Below are positions 28,725-38,944 of a stretch of DNA of 64,000 nucleotides, one piece after another. The first letter of the stretch is position 1; each line of letters begins with the position of its first letter. The notes under the pieces were generated by a model. The model saw only the letters and a list, made by a program, of their open reading frames with translations. It did not search any database and was not told the DNA's origin. Origin of the DNA: a virus; the IMG/VR virus record IMGVR_UViG_3300013132_000023, positions 32,001 through 96,000 of that record; one strand, written 5' to 3'. The position numbers and the translations under genes were made by a program.

Positions 28725-31700
28725 CCTTTGTACATCTAAATGTACGCTCTAAAGCTTCAATGCTGTATGGATCTGCTGACATTCAAGATCTAGTACAGCG
28801 AGCCAAGACATTGGGACAACCAGCCGTTGCGTTGACAGATTATGGCAACATGTATAATGCAATCCACTTCTATCGGGCTGCCGTAGAAGCTGGGATTAAG
28901 CCGATCATTGGCGTTGATTTGTTCTTTTGCGAAGACGCTAAGGAACAGAAGATTCAACGCATGCGTAACGTATACCACGTAGTTTTGCTTGCCGAGAACG
29001 ATACTGGCATGCAGAATATTGCACGTTTGGTATCTGCTTCTAACTCCGAAGACTATTACTACTACAATCCTCGTATTGATTTTAAGCTATTGGAGCTTTA
29101 CAAGGAGGGTGTTATTTGTCTTACCGGCAGCAGCTTAGATGGTCTTGTGTCGTCTAGTCTGTATGATAAGGTTGGCACGGATGGAGAAGTAATTGAATCT
29201 GCTGCTCTATTTAAGGCAGACGGCATTGTGCGTCGTCTTTTGAAGATCTTTGATGCTAGTCATCTATTCTTGGAAGTTCAGAACACGCATTTGCCACAAC
29301 AGGAAGTTATCAATGGTCGTTTGCGTTCCATTGCTAAAAAGTATGGTTTGCGTACCGTGGCTACTAACAATGTTCACTATGTTGAACCTCATGACGCCGA
29401 AGCACATAAGACTTTGTTAGAAATTGGTGTGGGTCAGTTTAATCGTGCTACGAGTACTGTTTTTACTGCTGAGGAATACTACCTCAAGTCACGTCAGGAC
29501 ATGGAGCGGCTTGGGTTCTTGCCAGAAGAACTAGATTTAACTTTGGAAATCGCCGAGCGTTGCAAGATTAACATTGATCTCAAGAAAAGACGTTTGCCTC
29601 GTTACGAGTTTGTTCCGGCAGGAACCAATGCATCAGAATATCTACGCAAACTGTCAAACGACGGCATGAGGGCTCTTGGTATTAATCCAAAAGCTGGCGA
29701 TAGTTTTGAGACCTATCAGCAACGTCTTGACAGAGAACTAGCTGACATTGAAGAAATGGGATTTGTAGACTATTTCCTCATTGTTCATGATGTTGTATCT
29801 TGGGTACGTAAGCAAGGTGTTTTGTTAGGGCGTGGACGTGGTAGTGCTGGAGGTAGCTTGGTTAGCTATGCCCTGGGGATTACCGAGATTGATCCATTGG
29901 AATATGGTTTGATTTGGGAGCGTTTCTTGAACAAGGGACGTGGTGGCTTGCCCGATATCGACACTGACGTGCCGCGTTCTTATCGTCAAAAAGTGCTTGA
30001 ATACGTTCGCACGCGATTTGGTGAAGGTAATGTCGCACAGCTTGTAACGCTTGGCGGTCTACAGGCTAAGGCAATCTTGAAAGAAGTTTTTAAGGTATAC
30101 GGCATGCCGTTCGATGAGGCCAACAAAATTACGGCACTTGTACCTGCCAAGAATGACGAGCACGTACCCATTACTTTGCAAGAGGCCATTGACACTGTTC
30201 CAGGGCTTAAGGTGTATTACGATAAGTATACACCGTGGTTTAAGATAGCTCTTGCTCTTGAAGGATGTTACAAGAGCACTGGTATTCACGCTGCCGCAGT
30301 TGTGATTTCAGATATTCCATTTGCCCAAAGTCCTTATCCTCTTACGCGTTCTAAAGACGGTGATTTGATTTTTGGATGGGACATGAACACGGTAGACTCT
30401 CTTAGTCTGCTTAAGTTGGATATTCTTGGTCTAACGACCTTGGACGATATTCAGGTTACTATGAATCTTGTTAAGGAACGTCGTGGTATTCGACCTTCTC
30501 GTTCTACAATTCCATTGAATGATCCTGCTACTTGGGCCATGATTGGACAGGGGTTTACTGTTGGTGTTTTTCAAATTGAAAAGCAACTTGGTCGTACGTG
30601 GAGCAAGAATCTCCAGCCTGAGTTAATTGAACAATTAAGTGACCTTGTGTCATTGATTCGTCCCGGTCCTATGGAGTCTAACATGCACACGACATATCGT
30701 GGCGTGAAGATGCAAGGGCAAGCTCCTGCGTATATTCATCCTAAGCTAGAAGCTATTATGGGTGGAACGTTCTCTGCTTTGCTGTATCAAGAGCAGGTTA
30801 TTGAAATCTGCAAACAATTGGCTGGCATGTCATTGATTGATGCTGACAAGGTACGCAAGGCAATGGGCAAAAAGAAGCCAGAAGAAATGAAAAAGTGGAA
30901 AGAACAGTTTGTTAGCGGCTGTTCTGTTAATGGTATTGAAGTTGTAACTGCCGAAGAGATATGGGGCTATATCGAGAAGTTTGCTGGATACGGTTTCAAT
31001 AAGTCGCACGGTGTAGGCTATGCACTTTTGGCTTATGAGACTGCGTACTTCAAAGCAAATTATACTGTTGAGTTTTTGTGTGCCAAGCTTCGTCACGCGG
31101 ATTCTCATCCCGATAAATTTGAACAAATGTCAGCACTTGTATATGATGGCAAGTTGTTTGGCATCGATATCGTACCTCCGCGTCTTAAGCACAAGAACAA
31201 AGACTTCGCTGTAATTGATGATCATAAGATTGCATTTGGACTTAGTGCCCTTAAAGGTGTTGGTCGTGCTGCAATTACAGAGCTAGCTAAGGTTACCGAA
31301 GACACGAAGACTTTTGACGACTTGATTTGGCGTGTACTTACCACTAGTACAAAGATTAACAGTGCAGTAATGTTGGCGTTGATTCGTGCTGGTGCATTCG
31401 ACGATCAACAAGAACATCGCGTTGAGTGTGAAAGACGTTTCAAGCTATTAGAAGCCTTAACAGACAAAGAACGTGAATCGGTTCAAGCTCTTATCCCACA
31501 TCAAGGCGATAAGCCGGATTGGGTTCGTATTATTCGTGCTATAGCTGACGAGACAAAAGTCCAGGTTATTAAAGATCGCTATGGCATAAAGATTCCAAAC
31601 ACTAAACGCCGCGAGGCTATTCGTACTCTCCTGTCAGATTATGACATGGGTGAGATTTTTGATAGCAAAGCACAGCGTATCGCCTGGGAGCAGTTCTATC

Positions 31701-32026
31701 TTGGTATTTCTCTTAGCGGCAGTGAAGCCGATATCTACAAAGCCAAAGATACGTGCATTGATCTAGTTCGCAATGGTGAAGCTGATACCATGTTTGAGAT
31801 TGCTGTTTGCGTAGACGCAGTTCGTCAGATTACTACGAAAAAGGGAGACGCTATGGCTTTTGTTACCGCTCGCGACACAACGTACGTCATGGATAACATC
31901 GTGGTTTTCCCTAAGACGTTTGAAAAATCTAAGCACCTACTTGAAGAAGGTAGCGTCATTAGAATTAAAGGCAAGATGGATGATCGTGGTTCTTTAATTG
32001 CGGATCGTGTAGAGAGACTTCAATGA
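28721..32026 (+). CDS. dnaE: DNA polymerase III alpha subunit (family C)
   Basis: PHP-like N-terminus, GRGSAGGSLVSY, ERFLN, PDIDTD, HAAAVVI, KLDILGL, RPGP, YQEQV, YGFNKSH, C-terminal OB fold (TKKGDAMAFV...VVFPKTF). Confidence 0.97.
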   Translation: MTFVHLNVRSKASMLYGSADIQDLVQRAKTLGQPAVALTDYGNMYNAIHFYRAAVEAGIKPIIGVDLFFCEDAKEQKIQRMRNVYHVVLLAENDTGMQNIARLVSASNSEDYYYYNPRIDFKLLELYKEGVICLTGSSLDGLVSSSLYDKVGTDGEVIESAALFKADGIVRRLLKIFDASHLFLEVQNTHLPQQEVINGRLRSIAKKYGLRTVATNNVHYVEPHDAEAHKTLLEIGVGQFNRATSTVFTAEEYYLKSRQDMERLGFLPEELDLTLEIAERCKINIDLKKRRLPRYEFVPAGTNASEYLRKLSNDGMRALGINPKAGDSFETYQQRLDRELADIEEMGFVDYFLIVHDVVSWVRKQGVLLGRGRGSAGGSLVSYALGITEIDPLEYGLIWERFLNKGRGGLPDIDTDVPRSYRQKVLEYVRTRFGEGNVAQLVTLGGLQAKAILKEVFKVYGMPFDEANKITALVPAKNDEHVPITLQEAIDTVPGLKVYYDKYTPWFKIALALEGCYKSTGIHAAAVVISDIPFAQSPYPLTRSKDGDLIFGWDMNTVDSLSLLKLDILGLTTLDDIQVTMNLVKERRGIRPSRSTIPLNDPATWAMIGQGFTVGVFQIEKQLGRTWSKNLQPELIEQLSDLVSLIRPGPMESNMHTTYRGVKMQGQAPAYIHPKLEAIMGGTFSALLYQEQVIEICKQLAGMSLIDADKVRKAMGKKKPEEMKKWKEQFVSGCSVNGIEVVTAEEIWGYIEKFAGYGFNKSHGVGYALLAYETAYFKANYTVEFLCAKLRHADSHPDKFEQMSALVYDGKLFGIDIVPPRLKHKNKDFAVIDDHKIAFGLSALKGVGRAAITELAKVTEDTKTFDDLIWRVLTTSTKINSAVMLALIRAGAFDDQQEHRVECERRFKLLEALTDKERESVQALIPHQGDKPDWVRIIRAIADETKVQVIKDRYGIKIPNTKRREAIRTLLSDYDMGEIFDSKAQRIAWEQFYLGISLSGSEADIYKAKDTCIDLVRNGEADTMFEIAVCVDAVRQITTKKGDAMAFVTARDTTYVMDNIVVFPKTFEKSKHLLEEGSVIRIKGKMDDRGSLIADRVERLQ

Positions 32027-32235
32027 ATTATGAATATGATTTTGTAGTGTTGCCGTTAAGCAACGAACAGAAGCAAGTCGTGCAAATGGGGCTTGCAGAC
32101 GTTGATCAAATACACGCTATGTTGCGTACCTTAATTAACGAACGTACTGCTGATGGATGGGAGCCTTTGTATCCGTTTTCAGTGCCAGCGGTTTGGTTTC
32201 GTAGACCAAAGAAGAAAACCAGAAAAACTAGTTAA
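32023..32235 (+). CDS. small DUF4177-like protein
   Basis: YEYDFV...LINERTADGWE...WFRRP pattern; ATGA-coupled to dnaE. Confidence 0.55.
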   Translation: MNYEYDFVVLPLSNEQKQVVQMGLADVDQIHAMLRTLINERTADGWEPLYPFSVPAVWFRRPKKKTRKTS

Positions 32236-32259
32236 CACGATGCTTACTTCAAGTATAAT
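32232..32259 (+). promoter_or_regulatory. sigma70-like promoter upstream of the phage sigma factor and glycan cluster
   Basis: TTAACA (32232-32237), 16-nt spacer, TATAAT (32254-32259); ATG at 32272. Confidence 0.55.
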
Positions 32260-32271
32260 ACATATACACAA

Positions 32272-32931
32272 ATGACTGACAATGAACGAGACATTGAGGA
32301 GACTCTGAATACATATGCTCCTCTTGTGCGTCGCATCGCTAGATCCGCGTTTTACTCTTCTTCTGCTATTGATTTAAACGATCTCTGTCAGGTTGGTGAA
32401 ATTGCCGTATTGCGTGCTATTAAGGCTTACGATCCATCTTGTGGCACCAACATAAAGTCTTTTGTAACGAGAGTAGTACGTCAAGACATATACAACGAAG
32501 CCGCTCGATTTATGGGTGTTTTTACAGTTGATCATCGAGTGACAAATCTTGCAGCTAAAGTTAATCAACTACACGTTACTGGACATACCGACGAACAGAT
32601 CTTAGAAACCATTAATCATTCGTCTGGGCGTGCAATAGACCTTGAGCAAGTACGTGATCTACGAATTGCTTACAATAGACGAAATGTAGTCGTGTCTGAC
32701 TTTGACAATACCCTTGACGAAGAGCAGATCGAAAAACGAACTATTTATGATCTATTGAACAGTATTGTATCTAACGACATAGAGCGTGTCGTTTTAGAGC
32801 GACGCATCATGGGAACGGCTGACGTGACCGCTGTAGCCGAAGCTTGCAATGTTTCGAATCGTAAGATCTATCAGATAGAGGGCGATCTTAAGGCCCGCAT
32901 TAAGCATGCAATTGAGGATATGGTCGAATGA
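32272..32931 (+). CDS. sigma70-family RNA polymerase sigma factor (phage-encoded)
   Basis: Region 2: YAPLVRRIA...DLCQVGEIAVLRAIKAYDPSCGTNIKSFV; region 4-like HTH: VTAVAEACNVSNRKIYQIE. Confidence 0.85.
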   Translation: MTDNERDIEETLNTYAPLVRRIARSAFYSSSAIDLNDLCQVGEIAVLRAIKAYDPSCGTNIKSFVTRVVRQDIYNEAARFMGVFTVDHRVTNLAAKVNQLHVTGHTDEQILETINHSSGRAIDLEQVRDLRIAYNRRNVVVSDFDNTLDEEQIEKRTIYDLLNSIVSNDIERVVLERRIMGTADVTAVAEACNVSNRKIYQIEGDLKARIKHAIEDMVE

Positions 32932-34733
32932 AAAAGCGTATTTTGTTTGTTGGCGAAGCTAGTTTTTTGAACACTGGCTTCTCTACGTATTACCGCGAGC
33001 TTTTACCTCGTCTTGCTGCAACTGGCAAGTACGAGATTGCCGAGTTAGGATCTTACGCACATCAGAACGATCCTCGTGTCCAAGGGTTTATCAAAGGACG
33101 CTGGAAGTTCTATGCTGTAATGCCTTCTACTCAAGAAGAAGCTCAAATCTTTAATCAGCCTTGTCCACATCCGCGAACTCGCGGCCAGAACACTAACCAG
33201 TTTGGCGAGTACAAGTTTAATCATGTTGTTGCTGATTTCAAGCCCGATGTTGTAATTGATATTCGTGACTGGTGGATGCTTGAATTCCAAGAGCGTAGTG
33301 TTTTCCGTCCTTGGTATAAGTGGATTGTAATGCCAACAGTGGATGCTGAACCTCAGGCAGAAGAATGGATTCAGACGTACGAAAACGCCAATATGGTGTT
33401 GGCTTACTCTGATTATGGCGTACATACGTTACGTCGTCAGAGTCATTTGCAGCCTAATGGTCGCCGTAAGATGCGTGTGTTCCCAAACGCTATGCGTCCT
33501 GGGGTAGATTTGGATACTTTTAAGCCAATGAACAAGGAGGAAGTGCGTTCTTGGTGGAACCTAAATCGGTCTATGCCGATCATTGGTACGGTCATGCGTA
33601 ATCAGAGTCGTAAGCTCTATCCAGATTTGATCGATGGTTTCTCTCGCATGAAAGAGAAGTATAAGGGGAATGATGCGGTTGATAAGGCGGTTTTGTTGAT
33701 TCATTCGTCTTGGCCGGATAACGCTCACTCATACGATTATCCTCGTCACGTTATGCGTTTGGATTCGTACGAATGGATGGATTATCATAACAAGGGAATT
33801 CGTGGCAGTATTTTACAGACGATGTATTGTCACGCCTGTAAGGAGCCTTCTGTTACATCCGCCATGAATTTGTGGGGTAAGCCAATTACCGAAGGACGCA
33901 TTAAGCTTCCGTGTCCTCATTGCGGTAAGGTTGAAGCGTCGCCGCCGAACACAAACACTGGTTTTACACGCGAAACTTTGGCGAATTTGTACAACCTTAT
34001 GGATTTGTATGTACAGTGTTCTATCTGTGAGGGTGATGGTATGCCTATTCAGGAAGCCAAGGCGTGTGGCGTACCTACTCTGGCAACTGATTACACTGCT
34101 ATGCGTGAAAAGGGACGTTATCCTGACTACTCTCATTTTGAAGAACTAGGCATTACTGCTAAAAACTATACTTGCAATAAGGGCGGTGATGTTATTGATG
34201 TTGGTCGTTATTACTACGAACCAGAAACAAGCTGTAAACGTGCTCATCCGAGTATCGAAGATTTGGCTGACAAGATGTTTGCAATGATTAGTCGTCCAGA
34301 CTACTTGAAACAAATGTCTATCGAAGCACGCGAGTGTGCTGTTGAAAACTACGATTGGAATACTCTTTGGAAGCGATGGGAGTATGTCTTAGACAACGTT
34401 CAGACTTTTGATCGTAACACTACTTGGGATAGTCCGATTTCAGAGTACGAAGAAATTAAACCTATCGATATTCCTGCTGGACTTAATGACGAGCAGTACG
34501 TTGAATGGCTTTACCTTAACGTACTTAAGTATCCTTCGGTTGATCCGCAGGGTGCCAAGACGTGGATACAAAACCTGCAAATGGGTGTGTCGCGTCAACA
34601 GTTGATGCAACAGTTTGTTGCAATTGTAAATCAGCAAAACGATGGATCTAAGTTACGTGACACGATTCGTCGTGAAGTTCATCATTTGACTACTGGTTCT
34701 GTAGTTCGCCGTCATGGTCAGGAGTTTGTATGA
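32928..34733 (+). CDS. GT4-family glycosyltransferase with a Zn-ribbon insert and a C-terminal DUF4214-like domain
   Basis: KRILFVGEAS...TGF, RNQSRK, EGDGMPIQEAKACGVP (EX7E); CHAC...CPHC insert; EQYVEWLYLNVL...DPQGAKTW...GVSRQQLMQQF. Confidence 0.85.
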   Translation: MKKRILFVGEASFLNTGFSTYYRELLPRLAATGKYEIAELGSYAHQNDPRVQGFIKGRWKFYAVMPSTQEEAQIFNQPCPHPRTRGQNTNQFGEYKFNHVVADFKPDVVIDIRDWWMLEFQERSVFRPWYKWIVMPTVDAEPQAEEWIQTYENANMVLAYSDYGVHTLRRQSHLQPNGRRKMRVFPNAMRPGVDLDTFKPMNKEEVRSWWNLNRSMPIIGTVMRNQSRKLYPDLIDGFSRMKEKYKGNDAVDKAVLLIHSSWPDNAHSYDYPRHVMRLDSYEWMDYHNKGIRGSILQTMYCHACKEPSVTSAMNLWGKPITEGRIKLPCPHCGKVEASPPNTNTGFTRETLANLYNLMDLYVQCSICEGDGMPIQEAKACGVPTLATDYTAMREKGRYPDYSHFEELGITAKNYTCNKGGDVIDVGRYYYEPETSCKRAHPSIEDLADKMFAMISRPDYLKQMSIEARECAVENYDWNTLWKRWEYVLDNVQTFDRNTTWDSPISEYEEIKPIDIPAGLNDEQYVEWLYLNVLKYPSVDPQGAKTWIQNLQMGVSRQQLMQQFVAIVNQQNDGSKLRDTIRREVHHLTTGSVVRRHGQEFV

Positions 34734-35980
34734 GAGTATTGTTTACTGGTCCCTTGCTAGACTTCTCTGGTTTTGCTCATGTGTCGCGTAATTTCTTACG
34801 CATGTTGACTGCGAGCGATAGACTAGATGTTATTGCTCGTCCTCTTAAGTACGACCAGCTTGATACGGGGCAAGATTTTATTGCACCGGAATGGATGGCG
34901 TCATTGCTAACCAAGCCACTTTCTGGAATTGAAATGGTCATTCAAATGACGACATGTAATACCGAGGCCGTACCAGTGCCCGGTGTTGTTAATGGCCTCT
35001 ATACGTTCTTTGAGACCAATCGTTTACAGCCAGCTTGGGCAAGTAAAGCAAACGAGTTTGACTTTTTGATGGTGCCCTCGCGTGCTAACGCGGAAACTTT
35101 GGTAAAATCTGGTGTTCAAAAGCCAGTTCTAGTTGTTGCTCCACCTTGTGACGTGGATGAGTATAATCATTCTTACTCGCCATTCCGTATTGAAAACATT
35201 GGTAATCGTACTGTGTTTTACAACATTTGTCAGCTTAGCACCAAGAAGGGAATTGATACGCTGTTGCGTGCGTATTACGCGGCCTTTGCTGCCGTTCCTG
35301 ACGAAGTGTTACTTGTGTTGAAGACATACGTAAACATGAGTGGTCGTCAGAATGATCTTGATATAGTCAAGCAATACATCAATACCGTAAAAACTCGTTG
35401 TCGTATTCCGACGCAAAATCTTCCTCCGGTACTACCTATCGTGTATACCATGAACGATAATGAAATTCATGGACTACACGAACGTGGTGATGCTTATGTT
35501 TGTGCTAGTCGTGCCGAAGGATGGGGCGTTCCGGTGTTTGATGCTTTAGCACACGGCAAGACGGTTATTTCGCCATTACATGGTGGCTTGGCTGACTTTG
35601 TAAAACGCGAGAATGCATTAGTAGTTGGCAGCATGCCGACGTTTTTCTACGATACACCGCATCCAGATCCGGGACTGTTTACTGGTGTTGAACAATGTTT
35701 TGAAGTTGCTCCCGTTGAATTAGCACTAACAATGCAACATTTCCATTTGTTGAAGCGTGGTGCTGACGCAGGTACTCTTGACGAAAAGAACGCTGGCGAA
35801 TGGCAGTCCGTGTTGCTCAGACGCGAAAACGCTAAGACGATTGGCGTGCGATTGGATTACCGTGTTGTACACGAACCAGTAGTTGATCAGTTATTGGCTG
35901 TTCTTGAATCTTGGAAAACAACTGGCGTCGCACGCTTCTCGCAGCCTAGTGTTAAGCCGTCTCTTGAGGAATCACTATGA
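34730..35980 (+). CDS. GT4-family glycosyltransferase
   Basis: SGFAHVSR, KKGIDTLLRAY, SRAEGWGVPVFDALAHGK. Confidence 0.85.
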   Translation: MRVLFTGPLLDFSGFAHVSRNFLRMLTASDRLDVIARPLKYDQLDTGQDFIAPEWMASLLTKPLSGIEMVIQMTTCNTEAVPVPGVVNGLYTFFETNRLQPAWASKANEFDFLMVPSRANAETLVKSGVQKPVLVVAPPCDVDEYNHSYSPFRIENIGNRTVFYNICQLSTKKGIDTLLRAYYAAFAAVPDEVLLVLKTYVNMSGRQNDLDIVKQYINTVKTRCRIPTQNLPPVLPIVYTMNDNEIHGLHERGDAYVCASRAEGWGVPVFDALAHGKTVISPLHGGLADFVKRENALVVGSMPTFFYDTPHPDPGLFTGVEQCFEVAPVELALTMQHFHLLKRGADAGTLDEKNAGEWQSVLLRRENAKTIGVRLDYRVVHEPVVDQLLAVLESWKTTGVARFSQPSVKPSLEESL

Positions 35981-36981
35981 ATCAACCTATGATCTATGTA
36001 CCGCAGATGGCTTCTATTGCCGAGCGTGTAAACAGGCCAGTTCGTATTGTTCAGTGTATTCAAATGCACAACGAAGAAGAGTTTGCACCATTAGTGCTTT
36101 CTTCTATTTATGACGAAGTTGATCGAATCATTGTCATTGAGGGTGCCGTTGCCAATCGTCCAAACGCAACTCCGGACGGACATTCAACGGATCGTACGAT
36201 TGAAATTCTTGCAGATTTCAAGAAGAACAAAGATCCCAAGAACAAGCTCGTGATTGTTTCAATCAAGAAGCCCTGGAAGAACCTAGAAGAAATGAAGCAA
36301 ACCTTCTTGGACCTTTCTGTTCCTGGAGACTGGATTTTGATTAATGACGCAGACGAGTTTTATCGTCCGGAAGACATTAGACGTTTGCGTGTTGCCATTG
36401 ATCGTAATCCTCATGCCTGTGAGTTTGTACCAAACTTCCTACATTTTTACAGAGATCTAGATCATATTGCTGTCCCTGGCCCAGAATGGCAGCCTCAGCA
36501 TCAACGGGTCTTTAAGTACATGCGAGGAATGAAGTACAATAGTCATCCAGTTGTTACTGATCCTGCTGGACATTGTACGTATTTTTCTCCGCACTATCAG
36601 CATCGTCGAGTAATGTTAAATGACTTTTTTATTTACCATTACGGTTACGCTCGTCGTAACATGAACGACATTATGCATCAGAAGCAAGCTTACTACAAAA
36701 AGGAACTTGCTCAGCACGGTGGAGCGGATAAGAAGTTTGATCAAAAGATACACGATTGGTTCAATGGTACCGAGCCGGTACTCTTCTACGATGGTGAACA
36801 TCCGGCTATCATTGGACACAAGTCTGTCGTTGCTCAACACTACGACCGTCCAAAGAATTGGCGTGACGATCCTTTCTATAAAAAGGTATTGGCTAACGAA
36901 CCATATGGCAATATTTGGTTATGCATGACTCTTCAATCACAGCCTCACATGCATCATTACCATAATGGTATGGTGGTGTGA
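35977..36981 (+). CDS. GT2-like (GT-A fold) glycosyltransferase
   Basis: HNEEEF, IIVIEG, STDRT, WILINDADEF (DxD), HYGY. Confidence 0.85.
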   Translation: MNQPMIYVPQMASIAERVNRPVRIVQCIQMHNEEEFAPLVLSSIYDEVDRIIVIEGAVANRPNATPDGHSTDRTIEILADFKKNKDPKNKLVIVSIKKPWKNLEEMKQTFLDLSVPGDWILINDADEFYRPEDIRRLRVAIDRNPHACEFVPNFLHFYRDLDHIAVPGPEWQPQHQRVFKYMRGMKYNSHPVVTDPAGHCTYFSPHYQHRRVMLNDFFIYHYGYARRNMNDIMHQKQAYYKKELAQHGGADKKFDQKIHDWFNGTEPVLFYDGEHPAIIGHKSVVAQHYDRPKNWRDDPFYKKVLANEPYGNIWLCMTLQSQPHMHHYHNGMVV

Positions 36982-37823
36982 TTATGCCCAAGCTTTCTTA
37001 TCTCGTATCAACATATGATTCCGGAGCTTTCTTAGATGCTCATTTTGCCGATCTAATTGAGCGTCAAACAAACCCCGATTTCGAGATTGTAGTAGTTAAT
37101 CCAGATTCTCCTGGTACAGATAACTTTATCGCTCAGAAATGGGCAGCTATTGATCCTCGTGTAAAGTACATCTACTACCATAAGCGTGAACCGTACGGAG
37201 CTTCCTGGCTCCGTGCATGGAAAAATGCTAGCGGTGAATTTGTCATGAATTCTAACACTGACGACTTTCATGAGCCACAGACTACAGAGACGGTCTATAA
37301 GCACATGAAACTAGCGATTGGGGTAATGAATACAGGCAAGAAGATTGGTTTTGGGTACGGCGGCATGACCGTTATCAAGCCAGGGGGACAAATAGTTGGA
37401 CGTGGATTAAAGCCAAAGTTTGATTTCGAGCTTATGTCTCGTGAATGCTGGGCTGGTCCTCAGGTTATTTGGAGAAACGACGACGCTTTCAAAAACGAAC
37501 TCGACTGGTCGCTCATGGAAAAAAGAGCCGCCGAGTACACTTCTGCCTACGATTACTGGCTTTGGCTTTACTTTATGAGCTTAGGATATCATGGGTACGT
37601 CATTCCTGAGTTGCTTACGGTTTATACTCAAAGACCAGACTCAATTGAGAACAGCAACAAGTGGCGAAATAATTGGGAGACTTATGCTGCCATTAGCGAG
37701 TTCTTCGGTCATAACTTTGATGGTCACTTAAAGCACGCTAAGGAGTTTCGAGACTTCTCGTCGTTGCCTCCAAAGGACGAATGGGTAGAACAAATGAAGA
37801 CGGGGAAGCAATGGAAGGCTTGA
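36978..37823 (+). CDS. GT2-family glycosyltransferase
   Basis: SYLVSTYD, FEIVVVNPDS, ASGEFVMNSNTDD, DYWLWL. Confidence 0.85.
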   Translation: MIMPKLSYLVSTYDSGAFLDAHFADLIERQTNPDFEIVVVNPDSPGTDNFIAQKWAAIDPRVKYIYYHKREPYGASWLRAWKNASGEFVMNSNTDDFHEPQTTETVYKHMKLAIGVMNTGKKIGFGYGGMTVIKPGGQIVGRGLKPKFDFELMSRECWAGPQVIWRNDDAFKNELDWSLMEKRAAEYTSAYDYWLWLYFMSLGYHGYVIPELLTVYTQRPDSIENSNKWRNNWETYAAISEFFGHNFDGHLKHAKEFRDFSSLPPKDEWVEQMKTGKQWKA

Positions 37824-38944
37824 ACACAATTAGAGTTCTTCACTACCTCCCGAACTTGGGACTTGGTGGTACCGAGAAGACCTGTCAGTTGTTTTTTGAA
37901 CACACTGGTAAAGACTTTGAGGTTGCCGTAGCCTATGAGACCAGTGGAGATTTGCGACGTTTGCCTGAATTCGAAAGAGTAGCTCGCGAACGCAAGAAGA
38001 AGTTGTATGCGATTGACTCGTATAGAGACTATTGTCCTGGAGTTAACAAACGCGTACCCGATCCTCTTGATCTTCAACGTCTCATTGATGATTTTAAGCC
38101 AGACATTTTACATGTATACCGTAGTGGCTATTCGGAATTTCCTGAGCCCGCTTTTCATGTATCAGTTCCACATACAGTTGAGACTAACGTCTTTGGTTTT
38201 TTGGATCAGAACTTTGCCATTAAGCGTACGCTATTTATGAGCAAGTGGCTGATGGAATATGCCTTGTCTAGAATTGCTCCTATTAGTCGTGGCTATGTTT
38301 TTAGGTCCAAGCGTTTTGATTTTGTGAACAATCCAGTTGAAGAGCCTTGCACGTTAGCACGTATGCATTTGGACGACAAGGCTATTTGGGTTGGTAGATG
38401 TGGGCGTCCCGACAACGGCATCTACAATGCGGTTAACGTAGAGGCCGTGCGTTTGCTTCGTATGCAGGGATATGACGTGCGATTTTTAGTAGTTGCCCCT
38501 CCAAGCAACATGGTAGCTGATTTGACTAGGTACGACATTCCCTTTAAAGTCATTGAGCCTACGGTTGATCCATTATTGCTTAGTATGTTTTACAACAGTA
38601 TCGACATTTATGCTCACGCTAGAGCAGATGGCGAAACTTTTGGCGTTAATATTGCCGAAGCCATGATGCACGGTAAGCCTGTTGTTACTCATGTTGCGGT
38701 TCCGTCTTTTTCTGGAATGGGAGTGTTTCAGTCGCAGCTTGAATTAGTAGACAATGGTGTAACTGGTTTTACTCGTAACAATGATCCCGTTGATTACATG
38801 AATGCTTTAAAAATACTGATTGACGATAAGGCATTACGAGATTCTATGGGAGTTCGTGGACGCGAAAAGGCACTTCGTGAGTATCATGTTGGTGTTTGTG
38901 TAAAGAAGCTAGAGAACATCTATCGAGAGGTTGTTCATGAATAA
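37811..38944 (+). CDS. GT4-family glycosyltransferase
   Basis: GLGGTEK, ETFGVNIAEAMMHGKPVV (EX7E). Start re-assigned to ATG 37811. Confidence 0.88.
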   Translation: MEGLNTIRVLHYLPNLGLGGTEKTCQLFFEHTGKDFEVAVAYETSGDLRRLPEFERVARERKKKLYAIDSYRDYCPGVNKRVPDPLDLQRLIDDFKPDILHVYRSGYSEFPEPAFHVSVPHTVETNVFGFLDQNFAIKRTLFMSKWLMEYALSRIAPISRGYVFRSKRFDFVNNPVEEPCTLARMHLDDKAIWVGRCGRPDNGIYNAVNVEAVRLLRMQGYDVRFLVVAPPSNMVADLTRYDIPFKVIEPTVDPLLLSMFYNSIDIYAHARADGETFGVNIAEAMMHGKPVVTHVAVPSFSGMGVFQSQLELVDNGVTGFTRNNDPVDYMNALKILIDDKALRDSMGVRGREKALREYHVGVCVKKLENIYREVVHE

